Both the position numbers and the translations under genes were made by a program. DNA of 64,000 bases from Camelus ferus (Eukaryota), in contig NC_045697.1 of NCBI RefSeq assembly GCF_009834535.1, positions 112,284,001-112,348,000 on the forward strand, in the 5' to 3' direction. Below, piece by piece: positions 1 through 13,699 of the stretch. Every line of letters begins with the position of its first letter. Position 1 is the stretch's first letter. Below the pieces are notes generated by a model. That model had not been told where the DNA came from. It saw only the letters and a list, made by a program, of their open reading frames with translations, and did no database searches.

Positions 1-700
1 GAAAGAAATTATCCATTCTGATATAGACCAGAGAATGCCAGGGAGCAATCTGGGAAAGACGACAGTCACAGAGCAGGCTGAAAGAGAGTAAGTGAAGGAG
101 CCTCTATAGAAGTAGAAGGATATTAACTTTATCTCCGAAGCACTGAAGGATTTTAAGCAGGAGCCTGTTGGGATTTGATTGGTTGGTTGAAGCCCTTCCT
201 CTGGCATCTAAATAGAGAATGGATTCAAATGGATGCAGTTGAAGCTGAGGAAGATGTTTTCTTCCAGGCAGAAGATCACGCAGATGGGAGCTAGGGCAGA
301 TTAGTAGGTATATGGGAGAGGTAGTAAATTTGAGAATCACTTATATGAAAAAAAGTGTGTCAGGGCTTGATAATTGATTGAATGTGAGAGGGAGGGGGCT
401 CATTCTAACTCTCAGGTTGCTGGAATGGGGAACTGGGTAGGCTTAATTTTCAGTCACTGAGTTAGGCAATCTAGGGAGAGGGATGTTTTGGGAAGATGAT
501 GCATTCAGTTATTCATGGCTTTTGTTCGCTTTGAAATATGGATGATTTTGGAGACGAAACTCATTAAGCGGAGGAGCTATTTAAAGCTGGTGATATTGTC
601 ATTCTGGATCTTAGTTGAAACTTGGGGATCAAAGGGAAGCAAGATGGAAAATAATCAGTCCAGAATAAAAGACAAGAGAATCATTATTCAGAACATTAAT
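1..700 (-). mobile_element. Degenerate L2 (LINE-2) fragment
   Basis: Purine-rich L2-antisense signature (e.g. 'gcactgaaggattttaagcaggag', 'cagggcttgataattgattgaatgtg'). Boundaries approximate. Confidence 0.6.
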
Positions 701-2454
701 GAGGAAGCCATAAAGCTCTTCTCCATCCCAGGAAGAACTTCAGAACACATTTCATCATATTATTCAGCATCTTTATTATTTGATGCATAAACATTGTTAC
801 AATCTAATTCCTAGTCTCTGGTGTAAATATATATTTCTGATATGAAACACATCTGCACCACAAATTCTTTGGAAGTAGATGTAATCCAGATGGGACTGCA
901 AATTTTTGACAAATTTTATCTAATCAGATTATGAAAAAAATGTTCACACACGCACAAAATCATCACCAAGATTAATGTGACTCAAAATGATATTTGGAAC
1001 CATAGTTTTTTCCCCCTTAGTTCCATAGCAACTGGGAGCTAACAACACTGATCTCTTTTTAAATGTTTCAGAATTTAAACACATGGTTTGGACAGATGGT
1101 CAGTGGAAAGGTTCCTTGAAGAATTGCTCAATGAATAGTAATCTTTAAGAAAATGTTATTTTTCCTTAAAATATGCAGAGTAGAGGCATCAGTAAATTCT
1201 ATGTATCCTGTTCCAAAATGTTCCAAAACATTTAACTTTGGTTACTTTCATATTGAGTCATAAAGCTAAAGAAGCTGTTTCTGTAACTGAGATTCATAGT
1301 TTTTTTTTTCCCCTTTTTTCTGCCCTAGGATTACCTTTAGAGAGTGACTGAGAGCTTATTTAGAGAATCTTGGGTGTTAAGAATAGTAATCCTCATGATA
1401 ACTTTGTACATGTCTGTCTGCAATTCAGTATAGAGCACAGTCAACTAAAAAGGGTAACTCTTTCAAGAACAATCACCTTTTAGCATGATAAATATATAAT
1501 AAATAGTAACTCTTTTTGTCTCTGGAGGCAAATGCAGCATGTACAATGCTTTTGGAGTGGTTCCAATTTTTCCTTTCTCTGGAATTCTTTAAAATGAAAG
1601 AAAACATTCACAGGGGAAAGTTTGGACACACAATCTTAGAACTAGGTTTTTAAAACTGAAATCTATTTCAGGTTTTAATGTAGACCTATACATTGCTAAA
1701 TGAAGAAAAGAATCAATATTTATCCTCCACTGTCATTATTAGAAAAATTTCTAAACTCTGTGTGATAAATATATTTTTAAATTTTTTCAATGATCTCATT
1801 TGCTTTGTTCTCTAAGTTTCCTTATGAAATTATATTTCTACTGTTTTATTTAATGATTTAAAATTAAGAAGCTATGACTAGTAGCTTTAAGCAATGAAGT
1901 AATTTCTTTCAGAACCAATTGCTACACATGGTAAAGAATTAAACACCACGAGATAATAATAATATATTGTCTACCATTGTAAATAAATTTTAAGTTTCTA
2001 ATAAAGATAAAAACACATTTTCATAAACAGAATGGTTTTAATGATTTCTTAAATCAACATGTTCTTTATAAAAATGCTTTCTTCCCCTAGTAGTTCAATA
2101 AAACTCCAATTCTATTTTTCCTAATGACTTGGAAAATAATTTAAAAGGAACATCATTTTACGTGCTTGTGTTTTTGAATAAGAACAAAAACAGGATTTGG
2201 TGTTTTTGCAGAGAATTCCTGCATCGCATGAGTTTGGTTTTACACATCTTCTTGTTGAGGGAGTTGTCAGGCATCAGAAAAAGAGTAAGTGATGTAATTG
2301 CAGTCTGTGATTGACCATTCAGTTATTAAACAAAGCACAGGGTTACCCCTACCTGGCTTGCCCAGAAGTCCCTCCTACATATCCAATTTCTGGTTTAGTT
2401 CTTTTTCCGCTTTGTATCTTTGGGAATGCCATAAAATGGATCTTATTCTGTTGA

Positions 2455-2590
2455 ACTTTGATTCAATTCCACAACTAGTTATTGGTTGCTTACTATGTCC
2501 TTGAACTATGCTAAGCCTAGAAAATAGAAATAGGAAAGAACGGGAAGACGTGAATTGCTTCTGTCCTCAAGGTGCTTATAATTGTGTTAA
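2455..2590 (-). mobile_element. L2 3'-end fragment
   Basis: 'ttattggttgcttactatgtcc...ctatgctaagcctag...tgtcctcaaggtgcttataat' resembles the reverse complement of the L2 3' terminus. Confidence 0.5.
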
Positions 2591-2879
2591 GAAGGCAAGT
2601 CATAGTTTATTAATTTGTAACGGTTGTGACATCTACCACCATAGCCGCTTCTTCTAAATTATACTGCCTTGCCCCAGCCCCCAGCCTTAGGAATCTCAGG
2701 CTACATGTTCTTGACCCAGAGGTGAGTGTTTGACCCGCAGTGTACCTACCATCTGTGGACTTGCCAGCAACTCTCGGGTTCACTGGAAGGGTTCTGCCAA
2801 CAAGGTGTCATTATCATTGACTTTTTAGGAAATGCAGAGCATAGAACAGGGCAGACACACAGAGAGAGCAGAATGATAC

Positions 2880-2996
2880 AGACACACACATACACACAAA
2901 GTGCTATATTTATATTCACATACATAGTATATGTGCTGCATATATAGAGATTATATATGTATATATACTACGTGTGTATGTATGTGTGTGTGTGTA
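2880..2996. repeat. Mixed (CA)/(TA)/(TG) low-complexity microsatellite region
   Basis: Alternating purine-pyrimidine runs seen directly. Confidence 0.7.
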
Positions 2997-5509
2997 AATA
3001 TAAAATATGGGCTATGAATTAACCAGCACTTGGCAGCTTCCCAGAATTATAGAGCTGAATAGGATTAAAAATGTTTTTGCCACATACACCAATGATTAAG
3101 TAGACTGTTAGAAATATCCAGGGCAGGTGATTCTGTAATTACATTTCTATCCTCTTTTCAAGTTTATTTATTTTCCCTGCTTAAATTTTCTTTATGCCTA
3201 AGTTGTTACTCCCTTTGTACGATATAGATTTTTATTATCTACCTATCTGTCCATCTATTTTTACTAATATGACATTTTATGTAACACCAAGATAACCCTC
3301 TTTTTCTGTTTCTTATTCTATGAGATCATTTTATGACTTCATACACCTTTAAAAATTGCACTTTATTTTTCTTAAATAATAGCATTTGTGATCATCTTGC
3401 ATAATGAGTTGATCTCTTCTGGAGCTTGGGTAAACTGAGAAGTATGAGGAGGGCAAAGTGATTTGATTTTCTAAGAAGATGGTCATGCTCACCGATCTGT
3501 GTCTTTAGAGAGTGACTTGAAATCAATAAATTCCAGCAGTGATATCATTACAATTTTCTACTGATTTCTTTGTCCTGGAATCCAGACAGGAAAATAGCAG
3601 AGAATTTATACCCCACATCTGCTCTGTGGCTCAATGTAAGTATAAGCTTGAAGTTAATGTTCACTGATGTATCTTATATTCAACGTCACGATACTCTGTG
3701 GATACGTCAAGTCATAGCATCATGGTGATTCTGTTCTATTTAGAATTAACTGTATCATGTTAAGCCTTGTGATCTTTGAAAGGATGCTTGGTTTAAGTTC
3801 TCTAGGTAGAGAGACATATTTTCAAGTCCTGTCACTCCAGCTTTGCTTATACATTACTCTGTATTCATTAGTGTAAGTTACTCCATCTGGCAGAAGTAAA
3901 AGAGACAGCATAGCTGTGAGACAACTTGAAAATTTGGCATGTTTTAGTAGGCTCAAGGGGCCAATAATGTGAATGAAGACATGATTTGAAAACATTTACA
4001 GCACAATAGTTTTGAAGACTTGCATGTGAAGCTCATATATTCTTCCTGAAAAGAGGCAGATTAGGAAGTTGCAACCATCTTAGTGCTTCTTGGTCTTGTT
4101 ACATTGCACAAGTTTCTTTACATTTTTGTTTACTTTTGTTCTGCCTATACTCTGTCTCCTAACTGTACCATCAATTTAAAGGAATCAACTTTTTTAAAAA
4201 ATTAATCTGTATCTTCAGCATTTAGCAGAGTCCCATGTAGAAGGTGACTGTCCCAATCCATAAACAATATTTCTGTGATTGTTGTTGAATTCAGTTTCGA
4301 GCCGGGGGTCTTCATTCTTTGAAGTAGCAGAAAGGAATTGGCATTGGATTCAAGCTTTCCCTTCCTTTTGCCCAGGGGGTTGCGGGTCGGAGATAGGAGA
4401 CAGTGAGACAGGACCAGGGTGACACAGGGTTGGGACTGGATATATAATCCACTCAACTGCTAACACGTTCACCATTTATCTCAGAGTTAGAGGAGTGAAC
4501 TGGTTGCTGCTAAATTTCCCTTCCATGGCTGTGCTCAAAGCCCCTTCAGATCCATCCCCTTTAGATGTTTCAGAGTTAATTTGGTTACACCCTTAACATG
4601 CTGGGCTGTAAGGAACTCTGTGAGGCTTTGTCGACCTAAATACTGTTTTTTTCTTTTCCTTCTTCTTCTTCTTCAAATCTTTGAGAAGCACAGCTCAGTT
4701 TTTCCCTGTTCCATAGATTCATAAATTCATTCAAGGGCTCTGTCCTCAGTTCAGAAAATCTAGAAAAGCTATATCCTGCTGGACAGGAGATGAGTTGTCC
4801 ATTGTGAGGGAGTCTGGTTTCTATTCCTTTTGTGTTCACCAAAATTTTTTAGATCTTTTTGTTTTAGCAAGAGATTTTCCTATTCCTCCAGACCTAAGGG
4901 CTTAAAATTTAAAAGTCAGAAAGAAATAATTTGATTAGCGGGCCACAGTGTAAGAAAATATAGAAAATGAACATGCAACATCTCTAAATATTACCCCTCG
5001 ATCCCCCAACATTGAAAATTTCTCAATGAGTTAATGTTATCACTGATGATGATTTGTTTATGGCACACTGACTGCCTAACTTAATATCTTTTGTATAAAT
5101 GGCTAAACTAATATTTTCTCTTTTTATTTTATTAAATATGGTCCCTCTTTTCCAGGTGGGTGATAGCTGGGCACAAAAGGACTAATTGTTTTGTTTTAAC
5201 TTATACATTTTCTGGATGTTCACTGGATTATATTATGACACTCATTTCTCTTTTAACCATTATTTTTCCCACCTTGGTTTTAGGAGGAATGTCTTTACCT
5301 TTGTCACAGTAAAGATTATAATCTAAGTTTAAGGAGTAGTAGAGAAAGGCGTAGGAGATAATTTGAAATCAAGTGACTATTACTGAGTTCCTGAAACAAA
5401 ATAATGTTGCTGCCCTGAGGAGACAATTGTGGAAAGTTGGACGGTGTGCAGGGAGGGGATGCGACCAAGGAGGTGAGGGAACAGGGGAGTGAGTTTAGCA
5501 GCAATGGCA

Positions 5510-5655
5510 AAGCAAGGCTTGATTTCTGACTTGGACTGTGACCTTGGACTAGTTACCTTTTCTGTCTGGAACACAGGTTCTTCTCTAAAAAGTGAGATTC
5601 GTTGCTTGAGAAATGAGCTGATTTCTCAAGATTCTGTAGACTTCTATAATTTGAA
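5510..5655 (+). mobile_element. MIR SINE fragment
   Basis: MIR core-like 'ctgtgaccttggactagttacc...tctgtctggaacacaggttcttctctaaaaagtgag'. Confidence 0.5.
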
Positions 5656-5807
5656 TAAAAAGTAAAGAATTTCATCTGAATAAAAATGCTACTGATACTG
5701 TTGAGATTAATTGACCTATGTTTTTCTTTAATGATTATAATCTTCTTAACATGTTAAGGAAAGGTGAACAAATCTGGAGACTACAATCTTTGAGAATGAA
5801 CTTTTCT

Positions 5808-5948
5808 GGGGGAGAGTATGGTGCAGTGGTAGATAGCCTGCCTAGCATGTGCAAGGTCCTGGGTTCAATTCCCAGTACCTCCATTAAAAGTAAATAAATA
5901 AACCTAATTAACCCCCTAAACAAACAAAAATTAAAAAAAAATCTTAAA
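5808..5948 (+). mobile_element. tRNA-Ala(AGC)-derived SINE (camelid Vic-1-like)
   Basis: tRNA head with A box 'tggtgcagtgg' and B box 'ggttcaattcc', then an A-rich tail. TSD gagaatgaacttttct (5792-5807) / gagaataaagtttgct (5949-5964), 13/16 identical. Confidence 0.9.
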
Positions 5949-6639
5949 GAGAATAAAGTTTGCTGACAGTGATACGTTCCAAGAAATGTTTTAAATTAAA
6001 TGTATTAAAATGTATTTAAATTAAAATTCCTGGCTACGTTTAGTTTTCTCTTCTAATTGCATTTTTATTTCACATACCATGACAATAACATGATTTCACC
6101 TTAATCTAATTGTTTGTGAATGAGACATATGTTCATTAATAACAGTTGGGAACATCTCAAAGGTTCAAAGCATTATTAAATATTTGAAGTCAATTTGTTA
6201 TTTATCATGCTGTAGTATATTCTTTTGTATGTAATTTTAAAATTGCTACATGAAAAATACACAGAAGTTTCCATTGTTAGTTCTTGGTTAATATTAAATG
6301 TGGTTATACAAAATAAATACTTTAAATAAATAAGATAATTTCATTTTCTGTGAAACATCAATTTACCAATCTTTGAGGTAAAGACTAGTCATGAAAGCTT
6401 GGGGTTTAAGAGTTGGGAGAAACGTGCCTTTTTCTCAGCCTCCACATTTGCTCATGCTCTTAAATTATTGGAGCCACTGGAATGGGATCCCGGTGCTCTG
6501 ATTTCATTGCAGTGCTGTCTTGATCATATACTAATTCATATAACTATTCACATAACTAAGGCCTTCTACTTCTTTCTGACATCTGGTCTATTCCCCATGT
6601 TCTCTCCTTGCTTTGGACCCTTGCTCCTACTTAACTAAA

Positions 6640-6920
6640 TGCCCATCATCCTGAACCTGCCACTCAACACTAGTCATTCTCAAAATAGTCTGTCCTTTCC
6701 CTTCATAGTAGTTACTAATAATTTGTAATTTTTATATCTGTGTATATATATTTATTTGGTTAGTATCTATCCTCCCAACTAGAGTGCAGTCCACTTAAGG
6801 GTAAGGAATCTGCTTTTTTTGGACAACAATTGTTTGCCATTTCCTAAGACAGTGTCTGGTGTGTATAGCGAACATTAAATTTGCAACGAGTAAACCAACG
6901 TGTGAATTGATGAATGAAGG
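6640..6920 (+). mobile_element. L2 3'-end fragment
   Basis: 'ctcccaactagagtgcagtccacttaagggtaaggaatctg...cctaagacagtgtctggtgtgtatag...gatgaatgaa' matches the L2 3' terminus pattern. Confidence 0.65.
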
Positions 6921-8229
6921 GGGTTGATCAAAGCAATGTATTTGGGGATTTTACAAATGATGTTGGAAACTCAGACTATGTTTACATTCATAAATCTGTT
7001 TGATGAAAACATTTGGATTCATCAAACATCTAAAAATCTAAACATACCTTTTCTTAAAAAAGAAAGTGGTTTATGTATTAAATTTAACTTTCTTCTTCCC
7101 ACAAGCAAAACGAAGCAAACAGAAGTCCTCCTGTGGCTGCAGCAGCCACAGACGCAGTCTTGCTGTTCGAGGACATTTATAAAGATCTAACACGTAAGCA
7201 TAATGGATGCATCAGGAACATAACATTTTGAAGTATTTATGTTATTAAGAAGCATTCATAAGTTCTAGGGTCACAGGTGTTTCATTGGACTTTGAGGAAG
7301 TTCACTTATCTTGTTATGTGCCTTGCCACAACCCATTTCAATATAAGGTATTTCCATCAGAGTTACTTAACACTTGAAATCCAGAACAGACAACTCTGAG
7401 AATTCATATAAATTCTCAGAAATTATCCGTAAAGAACTCTGAGCCATGTTTGACCACTGCTGCTCTAAACAGTTCAAAAATGAGTAAAGACATGAAGAAG
7501 TGGCAGGGGACACCCTGGAAGTTGCACACGACTTCTCATTTATTCCCAAATGCACTTGCAGCATATGTAAAGGCTCTTAGCTAACGCGTAGTAACACATA
7601 CTCTACATTTTTGGGCTTTATTTGCCTCTGGGGAATGTAATCGACCCAGTGTGTGTTTTTCCCCTTGTAACTTGCTCTGAGTTCAGGGATTATCTTGAGG
7701 GATGTCTCCTACATATGATCCTAATTGCAAGCTTCTGTACTACTGTGTGGCTTGCATTCTTCCAGTCTTTAGGGATTAATTTATAATTTGATTGTCTTGA
7801 AGAATGGGTTTTAGGATGAAGTAGCTTGCAGTAGTCCATTTGGAAGGGCTTCAATAACCTGTCTGCTGGACATCTTAGATGCCAGCGGTGGTTAGGGGTA
7901 GGGGGCTTTACTAAGACTCATCACTCACTCAGGGTGTTGATTGTCCCAGTAATGCCCGGGGAGGCTGCAACTTTCTTCTTTCCTAATAGCAACTAAGAAA
8001 ATAAAATTCCCTTTGCTTGTCTATCATGATTTCCCTTAACATCCCAGACTTGAAATGTGTGCACGTCTGTGTTGGTGGTGTGGTTCGGAAAAATGGGGCA
8101 TGGGTACTTTGAGTAATGAGGGCTTGGTGAAGTGAAGTCAAACTCCACCAGCCATGTATTTAATTAACATTACTTGTGGGGTACAAGAGCACGTGAAAGG
8201 GCATGACAGTTCCAAGTAGGGGTGAAGGA

Positions 8230-8370
8230 TGGTGATTTGTGGAGTGCCTGCTCTCTGCCAGGCACGCTGGCAGGTGGTCCACACACGATCCCATTGATCC
8301 CTCATTTAATCCTGTGAGGTACCAAAGATGAGGAGGAGGATGCCAAGTTACATCACCTGCCCAAGCTGGC
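8230..8370 (-). mobile_element. MIR SINE fragment
   Basis: 'gagtgcctgctctctgccaggcacgctg...aatcctgtgaggta...cacctgcccaag' is MIR-antisense-like. Confidence 0.55.
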
Positions 8371-11300
8371 CCCTTTCCTCTTGGTGTTTCCAGAAATTGT
8401 TCTTTCTCAAGACAAAGACATTCTTCATTTCTTGGAAGAGAAATATGTGCTTTTAGTAGAAGATTGTGGTTTTTAGGAATATTGTACAGAAACAAATCAT
8501 AAAGTCTGGTCGCAAATCATAAAGCAGAGAGGGGCCTGCCAAGTTCCAGGGGCCCTTTGTTGAAAGAAGGAAGGAAAAGATGAACTGGACAGCAGACACC
8601 ATGCACGTTCACAGGTGAATGTCCTGGATTCCAAGCCAGAGAGAGAACGTAGCTCAGCTCAAGTGGCAGAGTTAAAATGATAGACCCCAGCGTGGAATGA
8701 ATCATGTCCAACCACCCCTCCTTCAGAAAGATAAACATCCATTAAGTGATTTTAAAGTTCTCTTTTGGAAGCCTTCTATTTGTAAACATGAAAATATACT
8801 TCTAATTATGTCTACCTGAACTGCATTTTACAGATAGATTCTTTCTCCCTGCCTTAATTGAATATTCTTAAAAGAATATTGAGGCCTAATTAGAATATTC
8901 TCTACAATAGAACTCATGCACATAAAAAAAGTGCTGTTAGACTTTCTCCCAGCCTTATCTTCTGTAACTGAAATTCTCAATTTTTTAGGAGTTGCAATTA
9001 ATTTTGTCTTTCATACTTCATTTTCACTCCTCTGTCAAAATCAGCCAAATTCATGACCCCTGTCAACCTTCAACCCTTCTGCAATGTTTTTCCGTCCACT
9101 TGGGGACATTTTCATTCTTTTTGCCATCTACGATATTGAACATTTGGCATTCTTCCTTTTTTTTTTATTGATTTTTTTTTTTCTGTTGGCTTTCTTCTTT
9201 GATTCTTTGTGTACTCACTCACTAAATATATGAGTTCCTTAACTTTCTGACACTGGCCTTCTTTATTGGCCCAGTGATTTCTCTTTGCCTGATGCACCCA
9301 CTACCAGGGCTGAGCTATCGGCATTGTGCTTGTACGTTCCTGATGCAAATCCAGTCCTGCCCGCTTTCCTCAGCTCCATAGGGGATGTTCTTTCTGTCGC
9401 ATGGACTTATCCCCTCTTTGTTCTATAGAATTCAGCACGGTTAGATCTAAATCTAATTTAAGACAGCCTTACAGTTATTCTGTGTCTTGTAGCTATTTTT
9501 CACCCAAGCTAGAAAATAAATACGTAGTGTTCCACTTTCTTTTCCTCATTTGTTGCGTCCTGGCAATTACAGCTTCAAAATACTTCCCTTTTCCATCCCA
9601 TCTTTCATTTCCATCGCCATTGCCATCAGTCAGCATATCCAGTTCTCCAGTCTCTAATGCCTTTTCCCCTCTAGTATTTTCTCATAGTCCTGTTCCTCTG
9701 TGAAACTTATGTCTCCATTGTCAACACATTAAATGCTGAATTATGTGATTGGCCATTTTAAGATCTGGTCTCGTCTTAATTTTTAGTGTCTTTGTTATTT
9801 ATATCTCTCCAAATTAGGTAAATCAGGTAGGCTCGTATGCACATTTGTGTGGATTAGCTTTTTCTTTTGTTTTCCCATCTTCTCTTTCCCTTCCTACTCA
9901 TACCTTCCTTATCCTTTAATGTACAGTTTAAATGCCACCTCTTTTTTGTCAAAAAATGAGTAAATCTCCATCTTTTATCATTTTGCATGCAGGTATGTGA
10001 TCACTGGTGCAGTTATTACATTGAAACTATCATCACTGTTAATTTCATGCATATTGTCCTCTACCAATTTCATAAAAATATTAGTTCAAGAAGTGGAAAC
10101 TATCAGGAGCTGGAAAGTCTCCAGAGAGAAGATTTGGGGCCTTGGGGAAAAATGCCATTTTTGGAATTTCAAGTTATATTGAGACCTCCATGGACAGAGA
10201 GAAGGCTAGACATGGGTTTTAGGATTTGTAGGTATCTCAAAAGCTCATTATGGACAGCAATAAATGCCCATAAGGGTATACCAGTTGGTTCTAATCAGCC
10301 AGCTGAATAATTCATTGCTGGAAATATTTCTTTTCAGCCAGAGCATTTTGAAGAGCTAAGAACAGCCACGGAGGCAGACTCTTGGCAATACTGAAGGTGA
10401 CACTAACGATGATGATGTTCTGTGGCGGGGAAGGAGGCAGCGGGGAAGAAGAGGCATTCGGGACTGAATCGAATGCCTAGTCCTTTATAAGTGTTCTGGT
10501 CCTGGAGAGTAGGCTTAGGTATCTGAAGTTTTGATTTTTATTTCTGATATTTATAAGTTCCAAGGCTACAAGTGTGTGCCATATTTGTTTGATTTTTAGG
10601 TATTTTTCTTCCACTGAACACATTCACTCATAGAATTTTGATAGCTAATATGAGAATTCTATTACAAATTGAGACATTTTACTTTGAATAAGACATCTGT
10701 TGAAAATCGGCCCAGTAGCCAAACAACTCAACTGCTGTCCAACCTCAGAAAATCATGAAAGATGGACTGGAAGAGTGTTTGGGGTATAGACGCTTTTCAT
10801 CAGTTGTACCAAATAGGAAATCTCTCCTTTGTACACCTAGGGCCTGTGCAGCCATGGCTGGAATGCCTAGATGGAAGGCCAACAAATTGCGCCTTATATA
10901 CTTTTGGTTACTTGACTTGTTTGCCTTCAGCTAATACTGCATTTCAATAATAAAGGCAATTTCTAAATTTCCCTTTTATTACCTAAGACTTGCTGCTTTC
11001 AGATGCAGTGATTTCTTTCCATTACATTATTTCTAAGATTTCCATTTAACTTGTCAAAGATGTCAGGACTTTTAGTGCTAGTTTTTTTTTTTTCCTTCAT
11101 TAAAATGTAGATTTGTGAACTATAAACTATTATGGACAGCGAAGGGATTTGGTTTAGGAAGCTCTGGAAGGAACACAGCTCTAATAGAAAGAAAATAATG
11201 CTCCCTTCTTGTGCAAAGCCTAGCACGTAGTGGACACCCAATACATAGTTGTTGGATGAGTGCGTGCTTAATACATGTTTTTTAACTGGTAATGTTGGAG

Positions 11301-12137
11301 CAGGTATATGATTAATATGTCTGTGTCAGGAGGAATATCTGTGGGATAGGAGGAGTGCCTCCTTTAAGGTGTATTTTGTTTAACATGTGAAGATGTTAAA
11401 ATCCACCTGAAACCCATTTTTCTATGCCTTACTTTACTTTGACCTTTTTTTATCCTGAAACAAAATCTGTCATTTTCCTCTATAGAGTACACCTGAAAGG
11501 AAAGCGAATTTTCTCTTCTCACTTAACTCCCTCTGACCACAGCAGAATACCTCACTTTGCTTCAATCTTGGTGTCGGTTTAACTTGGAGAAGAATAAAGT
11601 ATAACCTCTTTCTAGAGATGCTCTCAGAAGATCAAGTCTTTCCAGTAACAAGAGCATCATTTGTCCACAGAGACAATAGTATATTACCCATTACCTTAGA
11701 GTGGTAATGTCTTTGTAAGCATCCTGAAAGAAAAAGCCTCTTTTAAGCTCTGGTGGGAGTTGAGCGTAACTTTGTAGAAAAGAAACCTGAAAGGCCTTTA
11801 GAGAGACACACTCATAATGTTTCAGGGATAACTGTAAATCCATGCAAAGGTATTGTATCACGTCCTGTTATGTGAAGCAAAATATAAAAATGGTTTAAAA
11901 TTTACAGAAGGGAATCGTCCGTATTCTGGGCTGTAAATCAGGTGGTAATGGGTTACTCCCTGTGGGTATTCACTGCTCAAACTTTGAAGAAGGTTATCTG
12001 TTATGGAAAGATTTCAGGGTGCTAGGGTTTCTGTTTTTGTTTTCTCTTGTACTTAGAGAAGTGCTACTTCATTAACCTGTTCAATATATTCATCCTCTCT
12101 TTGCAATGTGAAACAATGTTGGAGGGGCCTTTATTTT

Positions 12138-12413
12138 ATTTTATTTTCCTCCCATTTTTTTTAATTGAAATATAGTTGATTTACAATATTGTATTAGTTT
12201 CTAGTATACAGCGTAGTGATTCAGATATATATATATTCTTTTTCATTACAGGTTATTACAAGCCGTCGAATACAGATCCTTGTGCTATATATTAGGACCT
12301 TGTTTATCTATTCTGTACATGGTAGTGTGTATCTGCTAATCCCAAACTCCCAATTTATCCCTCCCTTCCCACTTCCACCTCTGGTAACAGTAAGTTTATT
12401 TTATATGTCTGTG
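12138..12413 (-). mobile_element. 5'-truncated L1 3' end with TSD
   Basis: Poly(T) remnant followed by 'aattgaaatatagttgatttacaat' L1 3' UTR. TSD ggggcctttatttt (12124-12137) / ggggcttttatttt (12414-12427). Confidence 0.9.
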
Positions 12414-12846
12414 GGGGCTTTTATTTTTAATCTATTTCTATTTAGCATTTTAACTTCTTTTTGTGTACTTGTTCCATATTTGAATTTTCTAGAAAAATAC
12501 TACTTGGTAGTGGGCAGTTTATATAAAAAAATGCATTCATGCTGAAACCTGAAACATCCAAGTTCTTTCACTTATAAGAGTGAAAATTGTTAATATGTTT
12601 GGAGTCTTTTTAAACTCTATTTGGGTCTTGTGTTTTAACCCCTATCACTTGGCATTGTATTAAGATGTTTTCCTAGATCAGATAGGTGTGGATTAAGACC
12701 TGACTTGTGAAGTTATCAGAATTCAAAATTATAAGGTCTCAAATTGAGGAGATTCATGGTGTCTATTTAATATTTAAGTAAGCATGCTTTAGGTAAATTG
12801 AGTCATGTGGTTTCCATGTTTTATGGCTTCCCCACCGCTGCCTTTT

Positions 12847-12976
12847 AATTTAAATTTTTGTTTGTTTTTTGAGGGGAAGGTTTATTTGTGTATTTATTTT
12901 AAGGGAGGCACTGGGGATTGAACCCAGGACCTTGTGCATGCTAAGTGCACACTCTACCATTGAGCTATACCTCCCC
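12847..12976 (-). mobile_element. tRNA-Ala-derived SINE (camelid Vic-1-like)
   Basis: Reverse complement reads ggggaggtatagctcaatggtagagtgtgcacttagcatgcacaaggtcctgggttcaatccccagtgcctcc plus an A-rich tail. TSD ctgcctttt (12838-12846 / 12978-12986). Confidence 0.9.
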
Positions 12977-12989
12977 ACTGCCTTTTTAA

Positions 12990-13600
12990 TAGATTTTTTA
13001 TTTTGAAATAATGTAAAACTTAGATTTACAGAGAAGTTGCCAAGATATTATAGACAATTCCTATACACTTCTCCTCAATTTCTCCAGCTTTTAACATCTT
13101 TACATCACCATGGCCCATTTATCAAAACTAAGAAACCATTAGCTTCTACTGCAGGACTATTAACTAAACTCCAGGCTTTATTGGGACTTCACTGGCTTTT
13201 CCACTAACCTCCCCTTTCTAGTCCACAATCCCAATCAGGACATGACATTGTGTTTAGTCATCTTGTCTCCTCAGCCTCCTCTGGTTTGTTACAGTTTCTC
13301 AGTCTTTCCTCATTTTCATAAATTTAGCAGTTTTGAGGACTACTAACCAGCTCTTTCTAGGATGCCTCTCAATTTAGGTCTGTCTGACGATTTTCTCACG
13401 AAAGACGCGGTAGAACACTGCAGAGGTGAGGTGCTCTTCCCGCCCCGTCCCCTTGGGGGTGCATGCGATCGATATGATGCATCACTGCTCATGTGCATCC
13501 TGGTCACCTGGAAAGGGACATGATCACCAGATCTCTCCACCCTCCAGCTGCCTTCCCTGCCCTTCCTGTACTCTGTTCTTTGGAAGTAAGTGTTAAATTT
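12990..13600 (-). mobile_element. Ancient L1 3' UTR (L1MC/L1MD-like)
   Basis: 'ttattttgaaataat...agatttacagagaagttgc...tttatcaaaactaagaaacc...actattaactaaactccagg' is typical of eutherian-wide L1M 3' ends. Confidence 0.7.
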
Positions 13601-13699
13601 CAACTGGCACTCAAGGCTCCAGACCCATTTTTAATGACTCAGGGAATCTGCAGAGGAAGTTTCCTTATTGCTTGCATGGCAGAAATTTTTAATAATACC

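Noticed and set aside
1329..1400. Strong plus-strand acceptor after a T/C tract
   Set aside because: All three frames stop within 25 nt and no good donor follows.
4202..4456. 84-aa minus-strand ORF in unique sequence
   Set aside because: Non-ATG start, no recognisable domain, no clear splice context. The length is within chance.
5808..5885. tRNA-Ala(AGC) gene (also 12905-12976 and 27935-28010)
   Set aside because: Stems are mismatched and each copy has a shared AT-rich body and A tail, two with TSDs. These are SINE copies, not tRNA genes.
10452..10478. Hairpin aggcattcg-N9-cgaatgcct
   Set aside because: A 9-bp stem is expected by chance in 64 kb and is too short for a pre-miRNA.
11695..11724. 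About 29-nt minus-strand micro-exon (tttttctttcag|...aag|gtaatg)
   Set aside because: Too short to evaluate, not frame-preserving, and no supporting neighbours.
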